NCBI RefSeq assembly: GCF_000009605.1
Contig: NC_002528.1
Location: forward strand, 210,001 to 242,000
Origin: Buchnera aphidicola str. APS (Acyrthosiphon pisum)
GTDB taxonomy: Bacteria > Pseudomonadota > Gammaproteobacteria > Enterobacterales > Enterobacteriaceae
DNA length: 32,000 nt
Reading direction: 5' to 3'
In this document: positions 8,774 to 19,341 of the stretch, piece by piece
How the letters are laid out: each line of letters starts with the position of its first letter
How positions within the stretch are numbered: position 1 is the first letter of the stretch
Notes under the pieces: generated by a model
The model's database searches: none
Seen by the model: the letters and a program-made list of their open reading frames with translations, nothing else
Told to the model about the DNA's origin: nothing
Program-made: the position numbers and the translations under genes

Positions 8774-11401
8774 ATGTTAATTCAATTTTTAACTAAAATA
8801 TTTAGTAACCATAATAATCGAATTTTAAAAAAGTTCAAAAAAATAGTTTTATCTGTCAATAAATTAGAAAAAAACTTTGAAAAGTTATCAGATAAAGAAT
8901 TACAAGCACAAACAGAACTGTTTCGTTTACGATTAAGAAATGGTGAAACTTTAGATGATATATTACCAGAAGCGTTTGCTTTAGTCAGAGAAGCGAGTAA
9001 ACGTGTTTTTAGCATGCGTCATTTTGATGTTCAAATTCTTGGCGGAATTGCTTTGAACAAACAATGTATTGCAGAAATGCGTACAGGTGAAGGAAAAACT
9101 CTAACATCCACATTGCCGGCTTATTTAAATGCATTAAATGGAAAGGGTGTACACATAGTAACCATGAATGATTATTTAGCTCGTAGAGATGCTGAAAAAA
9201 ATACTCCTTTATTTGAATTTTTGGGTTTAACAGTAGGTTTAAACTTATCCGAAATGTCTTTTTTTTCTAAACGTAAAGCTTATTTATCTGATATCACTTA
9301 TGGTACAAATAACGAATATGGTTTTGATTATTTACGTGATAATATGGTTTTTTCTCCTGAAGAAAGAGTACAAAGAAAATTAAATTATGCTTTAGTTGAT
9401 GAAGTAGACTCGATTTTAATAGATGAAGCTAGAACACCTTTAATTATTTCAGGACCCTCAGAAGATAGTTCTGAATTATATAAAGAAATTAATAAAATTG
9501 TTCCTTTTTTAAATTCTCAAAAAAAAGAAGATTCAGATATTTTTTGTGGAACAGGAGATTTTTCTATTGATGAAAAATCAAAACAAATCTATTTAACAGA
9601 AAGAGGATTGATTAAAGTTGAGAAAATATTATTTGATAAAAAATTAATGAATACAGGTGAATCATTATATTCTTCAAATAATATAATATTAATGCATCAT
9701 GTATTATCTGCACTGCGTGCGCATAAATTATTTGTTCGAAATGTTGATTATCTTGTAAAAGATAATAGTGTGATTATTGTTGATGAACATACAGGTCGCA
9801 CTATGCCAGGAAGAAGATGGTCAGATGGATTACATCAAGCAATAGAAGCAAAAGAGAATGTTTCTATAAAAAATGAAAATCAAACTTTAGCATCTATTAC
9901 TTTTCAAAATTATTTTCGTTTATATGAAAAAATAGCAGGTATGACGGGTACTGCTGAAACTGAATCGTTTGAGTTTAACTCTATTTATAATCTTGATACT
10001 ATTGTAATACCAACAAATAGAAAAATGATACGTAAAGATTTTCCAGACTTAGTATATATGACTGAAAAAGAAAAAATCAATGCTATTATTCAAGATATAC
10101 AAAAATGTATAAAATTAAATCAACCTGTTCTAGTTGGAACTGTATCTATTGAGAAGTCAGAAATTATTTCTAAAGAATTGTTAAAATTAAATATTAATCA
10201 CAATGTTTTAAATGCTAAGTTTCATGCTAAGGAAGCTGAAATTATAGCACAAGCAGGTAAACCTGGATCAATTACCATTGCTACTAATATGGCGGGTAGA
10301 GGTACAGATATAGTTCTTGGTGGTAATTTAGAAGTTGAATTAAATAAATATAAAAATATAACTTCAAGGAAAATTGAAGAAATTAAAAAAAAATGGCAAT
10401 CAGAACATGATTTAGTTGTTTCTGCTGGAGGACTACATATAATTGGCACCGAACGCCACGAATCACGCCGTATTGATAATCAATTAAGAGGGCGTTCTGG
10501 TCGTCAAGGAGATACTGGTTCTTCTCGTTTTTATCTTTCTATGGAAGACTCATTAATGCGAATTTTTGCGTCTGATAAAATTGTTCATATGATGAAAAAA
10601 TTAGGATTAGCTTTTAATGAAGCAATCGAGCATTCCTGGGTAACAAAAGCAATAGAAAACGCTCAAAAAAAAGTAGAAAATCGAAATTTTGATATTAGAA
10701 AACAGCTACTAGAATACGATGATGTTATTAATGAACAACGTAGTGCAATTTATTCTCAACGTAACAAATTAATTGATGCAAGAGATATAAAATTAATGAT
10801 TTATGATATTTTCAAAGATGTTTTAAAAAAAAACATTATTTTATATATACCTAAAAATACATTTCACGACAAATGGAATATTACTGATTTAAAAGATAAA
10901 TTAAATATAGATTTTTATTTAAATGCGCCTATTTTAGATTGGATAAATATAGAACCAAATTTAACAGATAAAAAAATTATAAAAAGAATAATTGATTTTG
11001 CTAGAATTAATTATAAAAATAAAGAAATATTAATTGGTTCAAACAATATGCGTATCATAGAAAAAATTATTATGTTGCAAACATTAGATTCACTTTGGAA
11101 AGAGCATTTAGCAGCTGTAGACTATCTCAGACAAGGTATTCATTTACGCGGTTATGCTCAAAAAGATCCGAAACAAGAATATAAACGAGAATCTTTTAAT
11201 ATGTTTTCTAGCATGTTAGAATTATTGAAATTTGAAGTAGTTTCATTTCTTAGTAGAATTAATTCATCTTATGCAAAAAAATATATAGATTTAAATAAAC
11301 ATTTAGTAATAACTCATAATAATACTATGAAAATTAGCAGAAATTCACCTTGTTTATGTGGTTCAGGGAAAAAATACAAGTATTGTCATGGTAGTTTGTA
11401 A
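8774..11401 (+). CDS. secA: Preprotein translocase ATPase SecA
   Basis: ORF track. 875 aa. MRTGEGKTL Walker [20 protein letters not shown] and [10 protein letters not shown] are present. The C-terminal zinc motif is [14 protein letters not shown]. Confidence 0.97.
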   Translation: MLIQFLTKIFSNHNNRILKKFKKIVLSVNKLEKNFEKLSDKELQAQTELFRLRLRNGETLDDILPEAFALVREASKRVFSMRHFDVQILGGIALNKQCIAEMRTGEGKTLTSTLPAYLNALNGKGVHIVTMNDYLARRDAEKNTPLFEFLGLTVGLNLSEMSFFSKRKAYLSDITYGTNNEYGFDYLRDNMVFSPEERVQRKLNYALVDEVDSILIDEARTPLIISGPSEDSSELYKEINKIVPFLNSQKKEDSDIFCGTGDFSIDEKSKQIYLTERGLIKVEKILFDKKLMNTGESLYSSNNIILMHHVLSALRAHKLFVRNVDYLVKDNSVIIVDEHTGRTMPGRRWSDGLHQAIEAKENVSIKNENQTLASITFQNYFRLYEKIAGMTGTAETESFEFNSIYNLDTIVIPTNRKMIRKDFPDLVYMTEKEKINAIIQDIQKCIKLNQPVLVGTVSIEKSEIISKELLKLNINHNVLNAKFHAKEAEIIAQAGKPGSITIATNMAGRGTDIVLGGNLEVELNKYKNITSRKIEEIKKKWQSEHDLVVSAGGLHIIGTERHESRRIDNQLRGRSGRQGDTGSSRFYLSMEDSLMRIFASDKIVHMMKKLGLAFNEAIEHSWVTKAIENAQKKVENRNFDIRKQLLEYDDVINEQRSAIYSQRNKLIDARDIKLMIYDIFKDVLKKNIILYIPKNTFHDKWNITDLKDKLNIDFYLNAPILDWINIEPNLTDKKIIKRIIDFARINYKNKEILIGSNNMRIIEKIIMLQTLDSLWKEHLAAVDYLRQGIHLRGYAQKDPKQEYKRESFNMFSSMLELLKFEVVSFLSRINSSYAKKYIDLNKHLVITHNNTMKISRNSPCLCGSGKKYKYCHGSL

Positions 11402-11454
11402 CTATTAATTTTTTTTATAAAACAAGAAAATCTTTTTTATAAAGGATAGACTCT

Positions 11455-11851
11455 GTGAATTATGTAGAAGCTGCAATTGGAATTATTATCAAAAAAAAAG
11501 GTTTATATTACTAGAGGGAAATATAAAAAAAATATATGGGAATTTCCAGGAGGAAAAGTTAAAAAACATGAAAACATAGTACATGCATTAAAGAGAGAAT
11601 TATTAGAAGAAGTTGGAATTATTGTCTTAAAAATTAATTTTTTTCAATATATAGAATATATTTATCCTGAAAAAAAAATAAAATTATACTTTTTTTTAAA
11701 AAAAAAATGGAAAGGGCGACCTTATAGTATTGAGGGCTATACTTATCTTTGGAAACGTTTATGTCATTTAAGAGCTTTGGATTTTCCACTTGCAAATCAT
11801 AGTGTCATAAATGCTCTTAAAAAAAATAATATTTTAATAAAATTTCGTTAA
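11455..11851 (+). pseudogene. mutT: 8-oxo-dGTP diphosphatase MutT (Nudix), reading frame broken at an A9 tract
   Basis: GTG 11455 is preceded by AAGGA at 11442-11446 (8 nt spacing). It opens VNYVEAAIGIIIKKK, which matches E. coli MKKLQIAVGII, then hits TAG at 11512-11514. The rest of the protein is in the +1 frame, which the track calls from TTG 11477. That part is VYITRGKYKKNIWEFPGGKVKKHENIVHALKRELLEEVGI, with an intact Nudix box. The frames switch within A9 at 11491-11499. Confidence 0.8.
11491..11499 (+). repeat. A9 homopolymer, the frameshift site in mutT
   Basis: Counted directly: atc-aaaaaaaaa-ggt. Ten A would give IIIKKKKVYITRG in one frame. Confidence 0.9.
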
Positions 11852-12487
11852 AAAATTCTTTTTGATGTTTATTGTTTTATTTTTATTATATATTCTTGAT
11901 AAATGTGAATAAAGCAAATTAAAATAATAAATATATAGATTAATTTTTTTAAAATTTTTTTTATTAAAAATAATATCATCTGATAAAGAAATTCGGGTTT
12001 TTCTACTAGATTGTAACGCAATAATTTTTTTAGCTTCTAAAAAGCTAATTTTGTCTCTTCTGACTGTGCGTTTTATTTGTTCTTTTACAGGAGTATCAAT
12101 TAAAAGAATTCGATGAGCTTTTTTTTCTAATTTTTTTTCAACTAGCAGTGGTACCACCCATAAACACCAATTAGATTGTGTCATTTTTATTTGATGTTTG
12201 GATTCTTGATAGATTTTAGGATGCAATAGATTTTCTAACCATAAACGATGATGATGATTATTAAAAACATACTGTCTAAGTAGCAATCGATTAATAGAAT
12301 TATCTATATTTAATATTTTCTTTCCAAATTTTCTTTTAATAGAAAATGATACTTGTAGATTTTTTTCTATTATGTTTTTTGCAATAATATCTGTATCAAT
12401 AACGTTAATACCTATTTTTTTAAAACCATTAGAGATAGTAGTTTTTCCACTACTAATGCCTCCAGTAAGTGCTACAATATAAGTCAT
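11834..12487 (-). CDS. coaE: Dephospho-CoA kinase
   Basis: ORF track. MTYIVALTGGISSGKTT matches E. coli MRYIVALTGGIGSGKST. WVVPLLVE is present. The 3' end overlaps the mutT 3' end by 18 nt (convergent). Confidence 0.93.
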   Translation of the reverse strand: MTYIVALTGGISSGKTTISNGFKKIGINVIDTDIIAKNIIEKNLQVSFSIKRKFGKKILNIDNSINRLLLRQYVFNNHHHRLWLENLLHPKIYQESKHQIKMTQSNWCLWVVPLLVEKKLEKKAHRILLIDTPVKEQIKRTVRRDKISFLEAKKIIALQSSRKTRISLSDDIIFNKKNFKKINLYIYYFNLLYSHLSRIYNKNKTINIKKNFLTKFY

Positions 12488-12542
12488 ACTATTTTAAATT
12501 TTCATGGTTAGTATTTTATGTTTAAATTAGGACGATCATTTT

Positions 12543-13592
12543 ATGAGAATTGAAGAAGATATTAAATTAGGTTTTAAAGATGTATTAATTAGACCGAAAC
12601 GTTCTATATTAAAAAGTCGTTCTCAAGTTAATCTTGCGCGTTGTTTTTCTTTTAAATATTCCGCTAGTATATGGTCTGGCATACCTATTATTGCAGCAAA
12701 TATGGATACAATAGGTACATTTGAAATGGTCAAATCTTTATCGAAATTTAATATATTAACCGCAGTTCATAAATATTACTCTTTTGAAGAGTGGAAAAAT
12801 TTTGTCTGTTTATCTTCTAAAGAGATATTAAATCATGTAATTGTGTCAATTGGAACTTCTAATATAGACTTTTTAAAAATTAAAAAAATTTTTTTATTAT
12901 CTTCTGAATTAAAATATATTTGTATTGATGTTGCCAATGGTTATTCTGAACACATTGTTTCTTTCTTAAAATTAGTAAGAGATTATTTTCCTGATAAAAT
13001 TATTTGCGCAGGAAATGTCGTTACAGGTGAAATGGTTGAAGAATTAATACTTTCTGGAGCTGATATAGTTAAAGTCGGAATTGGTCCAGGTTCTGTATGT
13101 ACTACACGAGTTAAAACTGGAGTGGGTTATCCTCAGCTTTCAGCAATTATAGAATGTGCGGATGCAGCACATGGTTTGAATGGACAAATTATTAGTGATG
13201 GAGGTTGTACTGTTTCTGGAGATATAGCTAAAGCTTTTGGAGGCGGTGCAGATTTTGTCATGTTAGGAGGAATGCTATCAGGTCATAAAGAATGCTCAGG
13301 AGATATAATTGAAGAAAAGTCAAAAAAATATATGATTTTTTATGGAATGAGCTCCGTTTCTGCAATGCAGCGTTATGAAGGAAAAATTGCAGGATATCGT
13401 GCATCTGAAGGAAAAACAGTAAAAATACCATTTCGTGGTGGTGTAGATAGTACTATACGTGATATTTTAGGCGGTTTACGTTCTTCTTGTACCTATGTCG
13501 GTGCAGAAAAATTAAAGGAACTAACGAAAAGAACTACATTTATACGAGTCACTGAGCAAGAAAATTGTATATTTAATGCTTTTAAAGAATAA
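12543..13592 (+). CDS. guaC: GMP reductase
   Basis: ORF track. [21 protein letters not shown] is almost identical to the E. coli GuaC N-terminus. [21 protein letters not shown] is present. Length is 349 aa. Confidence 0.97.
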   Translation: MRIEEDIKLGFKDVLIRPKRSILKSRSQVNLARCFSFKYSASIWSGIPIIAANMDTIGTFEMVKSLSKFNILTAVHKYYSFEEWKNFVCLSSKEILNHVIVSIGTSNIDFLKIKKIFLLSSELKYICIDVANGYSEHIVSFLKLVRDYFPDKIICAGNVVTGEMVEELILSGADIVKVGIGPGSVCTTRVKTGVGYPQLSAIIECADAAHGLNGQIISDGGCTVSGDIAKAFGGGADFVMLGGMLSGHKECSGDIIEEKSKKYMIFYGMSSVSAMQRYEGKIAGYRASEGKTVKIPFRGGVDSTIRDILGGLRSSCTYVGAEKLKELTKRTTFIRVTEQENCIFNAFKE

Positions 13593-13622
13593 ATAATATT
13601 TATTATAAACATTTTACATTTT

Positions 13623-13678
13623 AAAATCAATAAAATTAATTATACTTATATATATATTTAATTTTATTGATTTTTTTT
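13623..13678 (+). terminator. Intrinsic terminator after guaC: 17-bp perfect inverted repeat plus T tract
   Basis: AAAATCAATAAAATTAA (13623-13639) is the exact reverse complement of TTAATTTTATTGATTTT (13658-13674). The loop is 18 nt. A T8 run at 13671-13678 overlaps the 3' arm. It begins 31 nt after the guaC stop. Confidence 0.6.
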
Positions 13679-13818
13679 AGATGTTTATGATTTTTTTAAA
13701 AAAATATAAGAGCATTCACAATAAAATTTTTTTAAAGTTAAAAAATAATTGTAATAATTTTTTAGATGAAATATTAATCTAATCGTTAAATATATATAAT
13801 GTATAAGGAATTTATACC

Positions 13819-16482
13819 ATGTCAGAAAATTTATATAATGACGTGGATCCAATTGAAACTCGTGATTGGGTGCAAGCTATTGAATCTGTTATTCGCCGAG
13901 AAGGTCATAAAAGAGCACATTTTTTGATTGAACAAGTTTTAAAAACTGCAAAAATAAATAGAAAAGAATTTTTTAGGTCCTCTTTTACTAGTGATTATAT
14001 TAATACTATTTCTAGAGAAGATGAATATGAGTATCCTGGAAATCTTATTTTAGAAAAGCGTATTCGTTCAGCTATTCGTTGGAATGCCATCATGATGGTG
14101 CTGCGTGCATCAAAAAAAAATTTGGAATTAGGTGGTCATTTATCATCTTTTCAGTCTTCTGCTACAATATACGAAGTGTGTTTTAATCATTTTTTCCAAG
14201 CTAAAAATCATAAAGATGGAGGTGATTTAGTTTATTTCCAGGGTCATATTTCACCTGGAATTTATGCTCGCTCTTTTTTAGAAGGACGTTTATCCGAAGA
14301 ACAGATTGATAATTTTAGACAAGAAGTTGATGGAATAGGCTTATCTTCTTATCCGCATCCTAAGCTAATGCCAAATTTTTGGCAATTTCCTACTGTATCT
14401 ATGGGTTTAGGACCACTTTGTGCTATTTATCAAGCAAAATTTTTAAAATATTTGCATAATCGAGAATTAAAAAATACCTCAAAACAAATAGTTTATGCTT
14501 TTTTAGGTGATGGTGAGATGGATGAACCTGAATCTAAAGGCGCTATTTCTATAGCAGTTCGTGAAAAATTAGATAATTTAATATTTATAATCAATTGTAA
14601 TTTACAAAGATTAGATGGTCCAGTAGTTGGAAATGGAAAAATTGTAAATGAATTAGAAAGTTTTTTCTATGGCGCAGGGTGGAAAGTTATAAAAGTTATA
14701 TGGGGGAGTAGATGGGATTGTTTATTAAAAAAAGATACATCTGGCAAACTGATTCAGTTAATGAATGAAACAGTTGATGGAGACTATCAGACTTTTAAAT
14801 CTAAAGATGGTGCGTATGTTCGTAAGTATTTTTTTGGGAAATATAAAGAAACATACGACTTAGTTAAAGACATGACTGATGAAGAAATATGGAAACTTAA
14901 CAGAGGTGGACATGATCCTAAAAAAATGTTTAATGCTTTAAAAAAAGCAAAAGAAACAAAATATAAACCAACAGTAATTCTAGCACATACTGTGAAAGGA
15001 TATGGAATGGGAGTAATAGCAGAAGGTAAAAATATTGCTCATCAAATAAAGAAAATAAATATCAATGGAATAATACACATTCGAGATCGTTTTAATATCC
15101 CTGTATCAAATGATGAAATAAATAAATTACCATATGTAACTTTTAAAAAAAATTCTGAAGAATATTGTTACATACATTCGCAACGAAAAAAATTAGGTGG
15201 TTATATTCCCTTTCGTTTATCCAGTTTTACTGGAAAATTGATTTTACCAAAATTAATAGATTTTCAATCATTATTAGAAGAGCAAAAAAAAGATATCTCT
15301 ACAACTGTAGCTTTTATACGTGTGTTAAATATTATTTTAAAAAATAATTCTATTAAACACTTAATAGTACCAATTATTGCGGATGAAGCTCGTACTTTTG
15401 GAATGGAAGGATTATTTCGTAAAATTGGGATTTATAGTTCTAGTGGTCAAAAGTATACTCCTCAGGATCGAGAACAATTAGCATACTATAAAGAAGAAAA
15501 AAAAGGTCAAATATTACAAGAAGGAATAAACGAATTAGGTGCAGCTTCATCTTGGTTAGCAGCAGCTACTTCTTATAGCACTAATGATTTTCCTATGATT
15601 CTTTTTTATATTTATTATTCAATATTTGGTTTTCAGAGAATAGGAGATTTGTTTTGGGCGGCTGGAGATCAACAAGCAAGAGGTTTTTTAATTGGTGGAA
15701 CTTCTGGAAGAACTACTTTAAATGGTGAGGGATTGCAACATGAAGATGGACATAGTCATATACAATCCTTGACTATTCCTAATTGCATATCTTATGATCC
15801 TGCTTTTGCTTATGAAGTTGCTGTAATTATTCAAGATGGATTAAGACGTATGTATGGTCCTTCTCAAGAAAACATATATTATTATATTACCACAATTAAT
15901 GAAAATTATTATATGCCTGCTATGCCTATAGGTGTAGAAGAAGGAATTTGTAAAGGTATTTATAAATTAAAAACTTTACATGGTACTACATCAAAAGTAC
16001 AGCTGATAGGTTCTGGTGCTATTTTACGATCTGTTTGTGAAGCGGCAGAGATTTTATTAAAAGACTATTCTATTACAACGGATATATATAGTGTTACTTC
16101 TTTTACAGAATTAGCTAGAAATGGTGAAGATTGTGAACGATGGAACATGCTTCATCCTAATGAAAAAAACAAAATAGCATACGTTAAACAAATTATGAAT
16201 AAAAACCCCACCGTTGCGGCTACTGATTATATGAAATTATTCGCTGAGCAAATTCGACACTACATTCCCTCTCAAGAATATCATGTATTAGGCACAGATG
16301 GCTTTGGTCGTTCAGATAGTCGTGATAAATTGCGTGATCACTTTGAAGTGAATGCTTATTATATTGTTATAGCTGCGTTAAATTTATTAGCTAATATAAA
16401 CGATATTAAGAAAAAAGTTGTAGAAGATGCGATTATGAAATTTAATATTGATGCTAATAAAATTAATCCGCGTTTATCTTGA
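13819..16482 (+). CDS. aceE: Pyruvate dehydrogenase E1 component
   Basis: ORF track. 887 aa, the same length as E. coli AceE. MSENLYNDVDPIETRDW matches the E. coli start. The ThDP motif region GDGEMDEPES is present. An AAGGAA Shine-Dalgarno sequence lies at 13805-13810. Confidence 0.97.
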   Translation: MSENLYNDVDPIETRDWVQAIESVIRREGHKRAHFLIEQVLKTAKINRKEFFRSSFTSDYINTISREDEYEYPGNLILEKRIRSAIRWNAIMMVLRASKKNLELGGHLSSFQSSATIYEVCFNHFFQAKNHKDGGDLVYFQGHISPGIYARSFLEGRLSEEQIDNFRQEVDGIGLSSYPHPKLMPNFWQFPTVSMGLGPLCAIYQAKFLKYLHNRELKNTSKQIVYAFLGDGEMDEPESKGAISIAVREKLDNLIFIINCNLQRLDGPVVGNGKIVNELESFFYGAGWKVIKVIWGSRWDCLLKKDTSGKLIQLMNETVDGDYQTFKSKDGAYVRKYFFGKYKETYDLVKDMTDEEIWKLNRGGHDPKKMFNALKKAKETKYKPTVILAHTVKGYGMGVIAEGKNIAHQIKKININGIIHIRDRFNIPVSNDEINKLPYVTFKKNSEEYCYIHSQRKKLGGYIPFRLSSFTGKLILPKLIDFQSLLEEQKKDISTTVAFIRVLNIILKNNSIKHLIVPIIADEARTFGMEGLFRKIGIYSSSGQKYTPQDREQLAYYKEEKKGQILQEGINELGAASSWLAAATSYSTNDFPMILFYIYYSIFGFQRIGDLFWAAGDQQARGFLIGGTSGRTTLNGEGLQHEDGHSHIQSLTIPNCISYDPAFAYEVAVIIQDGLRRMYGPSQENIYYYITTINENYYMPAMPIGVEEGICKGIYKLKTLHGTTSKVQLIGSGAILRSVCEAAEILLKDYSITTDIYSVTSFTELARNGEDCERWNMLHPNEKNKIAYVKQIMNKNPTVAATDYMKLFAEQIRHYIPSQEYHVLGTDGFGRSDSRDKLRDHFEVNAYYIVIAALNLLANINDIKKKVVEDAIMKFNIDANKINPRLS

Positions 16483-16485
16483 GAG

Positions 16486-17703
16486 GTGAAAACAGTGGAT
16501 ATAGAAGTCAAAATGCCTGATATTGGTTTAGAAGAAGTAGAAATAATTGAAATATTAGTAAGTATTAATGAAAAAATAGCACCAGAACAAGGATTAATAA
16601 CTGTGGAAGGAGATAAAACTTCTATGGAAATACCTTCACCTATATCAGGTATTGTAAAGCATATCTTTATTAAAATTGGCGAAAAAATTAAAACTGATGC
16701 TCTCATTATGAGATGTGAAGTGGAGAATATTGATTTTCATGTAAAGAAAAAAGAAGAAATTTGTTTAGATAATAATGTTTTAAATAAGGTTGAAAAAAAT
16801 TTCAAAAAAGATATTTTTTTTCATGCAACTCCATTAATAAGACGTTTAGCTCGAAATTTAAATATAAATTTATACGATGTTGTTGGTACCGGACCTAAAA
16901 ATAGGATTTTAAAAGAAGATTTAGATCTATATCAAAGTAATATTAAAGAGAATCTTATAGAAGAAAAAAATAAAATTAATTTTGGTGATTCTAAGAAATC
17001 AAAAACAAAAGAATTAGAATTAAGTGATATCCAGAAAAATATTGGTAATAATTTACATCGGAATTGGATGAATATACCTCATGTTACACAATTTGATGAA
17101 GTTGATATTACTATATTAGAAAAGTTTCGTCAAAAATATAATAACGAAAAGAGAAATCAAAAAAAAACAAATGAAAATATTACAATTTTAGTTTTTATAA
17201 TAAAAGTAGTTGCATATGCATTAGAAAAATTCCCTATTTTTAACAGTTCACTAAATATTAATAATAAAAAAATTATTTTAAAAAAATATATTAATATCGG
17301 GTTTGCAATAGATGTAAATAACGATTTATTTGTTCCTGTTTTAAAAGACGTCAATAAAAAAAATATTAAACAATTATCTTCTGAATTAATATTGCTATCA
17401 GAAAAAGCACGAACAAGAAAATTAAATATTGAAGATATGACAGGAGGCTGTTTTACAATATCTAATTTAGGAGGTATTGGAGGAAGCTGGTTTTCACCAA
17501 TTATCAATTCACCGGAAGTAGCAATTCTTGGTATTTCAAAATCTCAGATAAAACCGTCATGGAATGGAAAAGAATTTATTCCTTCTTTAATGTTACCATT
17601 ATCTTTATCTTATGATCATCGTGTAATAAATGGTGCTTATGCAGCGCGTTTTATTACATTTATTAGTAGAGTTTTATCAGATATGCATTTTTTAATTATG
17701 TAG
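16486..17703 (+). CDS. aceF: Dihydrolipoamide acetyltransferase (PDH E2) with a single lipoyl domain
   Basis: ORF track. There is one lipoyl domain (EGDKTSMEIPSP). The E3-binding domain HATPLIRRLARNLNINL and the catalytic DHRVINGA motif are present. The track start is GTG 16486. GTG 16495 gives MDIEVKMPDIG, which matches E. coli MAIEIKVPDIG, and GAGAGG at 16481-16486 sits 8 nt upstream. That start seems more likely. Confidence 0.93.
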   Translation: MKTVDIEVKMPDIGLEEVEIIEILVSINEKIAPEQGLITVEGDKTSMEIPSPISGIVKHIFIKIGEKIKTDALIMRCEVENIDFHVKKKEEICLDNNVLNKVEKNFKKDIFFHATPLIRRLARNLNINLYDVVGTGPKNRILKEDLDLYQSNIKENLIEEKNKINFGDSKKSKTKELELSDIQKNIGNNLHRNWMNIPHVTQFDEVDITILEKFRQKYNNEKRNQKKTNENITILVFIIKVVAYALEKFPIFNSSLNINNKKIILKKYINIGFAIDVNNDLFVPVLKDVNKKNIKQLSSELILLSEKARTRKLNIEDMTGGCFTISNLGGIGGSWFSPIINSPEVAILGISKSQIKPSWNGKEFIPSLMLPLSLSYDHRVINGAYAARFITFISRVLSDMHFLIM

Positions 17704-17747
17704 TTTTCGCTATTTCACATTACTTAAATTTTTTTTAAGAGGTCTTA

Positions 17748-19169
17748 ATGAATAAAAAAATTTATACACAAGTAGTAGTTATTGGATCAGGTCCAGCAGG
17801 TTACTCTGCAGCTTTTCGTTGTGCAGATCTAGGTTTAGATACTGTCTTAATAGAACGTTATGATAAATTAGGAGGTGTTTGTTTAAATGTTGGTTGTATT
17901 CCTTCAAAAACATTATTACATATAGCTAAAGTTATTAAAGAAGCAAAAGAATTGCATAAAACAGGTGTTTCTTTTAATAAACCAGATATTGATATTAAAA
18001 AAATTAAAAATTGGAAACAGCATATTGTAAATAAACTAACTGATGGTTTAAGTAGTATGAGAAAAAAAAGAAAAATAAGAATTTTTCAAGGCCATGCTAT
18101 TTTTGAGACCGATAAAAGTCTTTGTGTTACAAATACAGAAGATAAATTTACTATTTTTTTTGATAATGCAATTATTGCAACTGGTTCTAAACCAATTAAA
18201 ATCCCTTCAATACCTCATGATGATATAAGAATTTGGGATTCGACTGATGCCTTATCATTAAAAAAAATACCCAACAATTTTTTAATTATAGGTAGTGGGA
18301 TTATTGGTTTAGAAATGGCAACAATATATAGTGCATTAGGTTCGAAAGTTGATATTATTGATCGTTTTAATCATTTTCTTCCTGTAATAGATGAAGATAT
18401 TTCTAGTATATATAAAAAATCTATTAATCAACAATTTAATCTGATGTTAAATACTCATATAGATAAAGTAGAAGTGAAAAAAGATGCATTGATAGTAGAC
18501 ATGATACATGAAAATATTCCCAAAAAAAATATATTGTATGATGCTGTATTAGTAGCAATAGGTAGAACTCCTAATATTGATTCATTAGGATTAGATAGAA
18601 TAGGGTTGAAAATAAATAATTTTGGTTTTATTCAAGTAAATAATCAGTTAAAAACGAACATACCTCATATTTACGCTATTGGTGATGTAGCTGGTACACC
18701 TATGTTGGCGCATAAAGGAGTTCATGAAGGTCATATTGCAGCAGAGGTTATTTCTGGTAAAAATCATTATTTCGAACCTAAAGTAATTCCATCTATTGCA
18801 TATACTGATCCTGAAATTGCTTGGGTAGGATTGAGTGAAAAAGAGGCTAAACAAGAAAATATAAATTATGAGGTTGCAATTTTCCCTTGGAATGCATCTG
18901 GTAGAGCTATTGCTTCAAATTGTAGTATAGGTAAGACAAAACTAATTTTTAATAAACAAAATAATAAAATTATTGGCGGTTCTATAGTAGGATCTAATGC
19001 TGGTGAATTAATTGGTGAAGTTGGATTGGCCATTGAAATGGGATGTGATGCTGAGGATATTGCTTTGACGATTCATGCTCATCCTACTTTATCTGAATCA
19101 ATCGGTTTATCTGCAGAAGTTTTTCAGGGTACAGTAACAGATGTATTAAATTTCAAATTAAATAAATAA
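17748..19169 (+). CDS. lpdA: Dihydrolipoyl dehydrogenase (E3)
   Basis: ORF track. GSGPAGYSAAFRCADLGL, the redox-active GGVCLNVGCIPSK and the C-terminal HAHPTLSE are present. Length is 473 aa. Confidence 0.97.
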   Translation: MNKKIYTQVVVIGSGPAGYSAAFRCADLGLDTVLIERYDKLGGVCLNVGCIPSKTLLHIAKVIKEAKELHKTGVSFNKPDIDIKKIKNWKQHIVNKLTDGLSSMRKKRKIRIFQGHAIFETDKSLCVTNTEDKFTIFFDNAIIATGSKPIKIPSIPHDDIRIWDSTDALSLKKIPNNFLIIGSGIIGLEMATIYSALGSKVDIIDRFNHFLPVIDEDISSIYKKSINQQFNLMLNTHIDKVEVKKDALIVDMIHENIPKKNILYDAVLVAIGRTPNIDSLGLDRIGLKINNFGFIQVNNQLKTNIPHIYAIGDVAGTPMLAHKGVHEGHIAAEVISGKNHYFEPKVIPSIAYTDPEIAWVGLSEKEAKQENINYEVAIFPWNASGRAIASNCSIGKTKLIFNKQNNKIIGGSIVGSNAGELIGEVGLAIEMGCDAEDIALTIHAHPTLSESIGLSAEVFQGTVTDVLNFKLNK

Positions 19170-19198
19170 TGATTTTTTTTTATTAAAAAATTTTTTTT

Positions 19199-19250
19199 AG
19201 AAAAAGAAAAGATTATAGAAATTAAACTTCTATAATCTTTTCTTTTTTTT
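19199..19250 (+). terminator. Strong intrinsic terminator between convergent lpdA and speD: 20-bp perfect inverted repeat
   Basis: AAAAAGAAAAGATTATAGAA (19201-19220) is the exact reverse complement of TTCTATAATCTTTTCTTTTT (19228-19247). The loop is ATTAAAC (7 nt). The T run continues to 19250. Both arms end in U-rich sequence when read from either strand, so it may work in both directions. Confidence 0.75.
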
Positions 19251-19341
19251 AATAAGATTTGATTGTAGTTTATACAAACATTAAATATTTTATTCAATTT
19301 TTGCAAATACATGTTTTAATTAAATATTTATAAAACAGAGT

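Noticed and set aside
11477-11479. TTG 11477 as an independent mutT start, and TTG 25816 as the start of a stand-alone C-terminal ddlB gene.
   Set aside because: In both cases the sequence upstream in the neighbouring frame encodes the conserved N-terminal part of the same protein. The TTG starts are artefacts of the ORF caller treating any TTG as Met.
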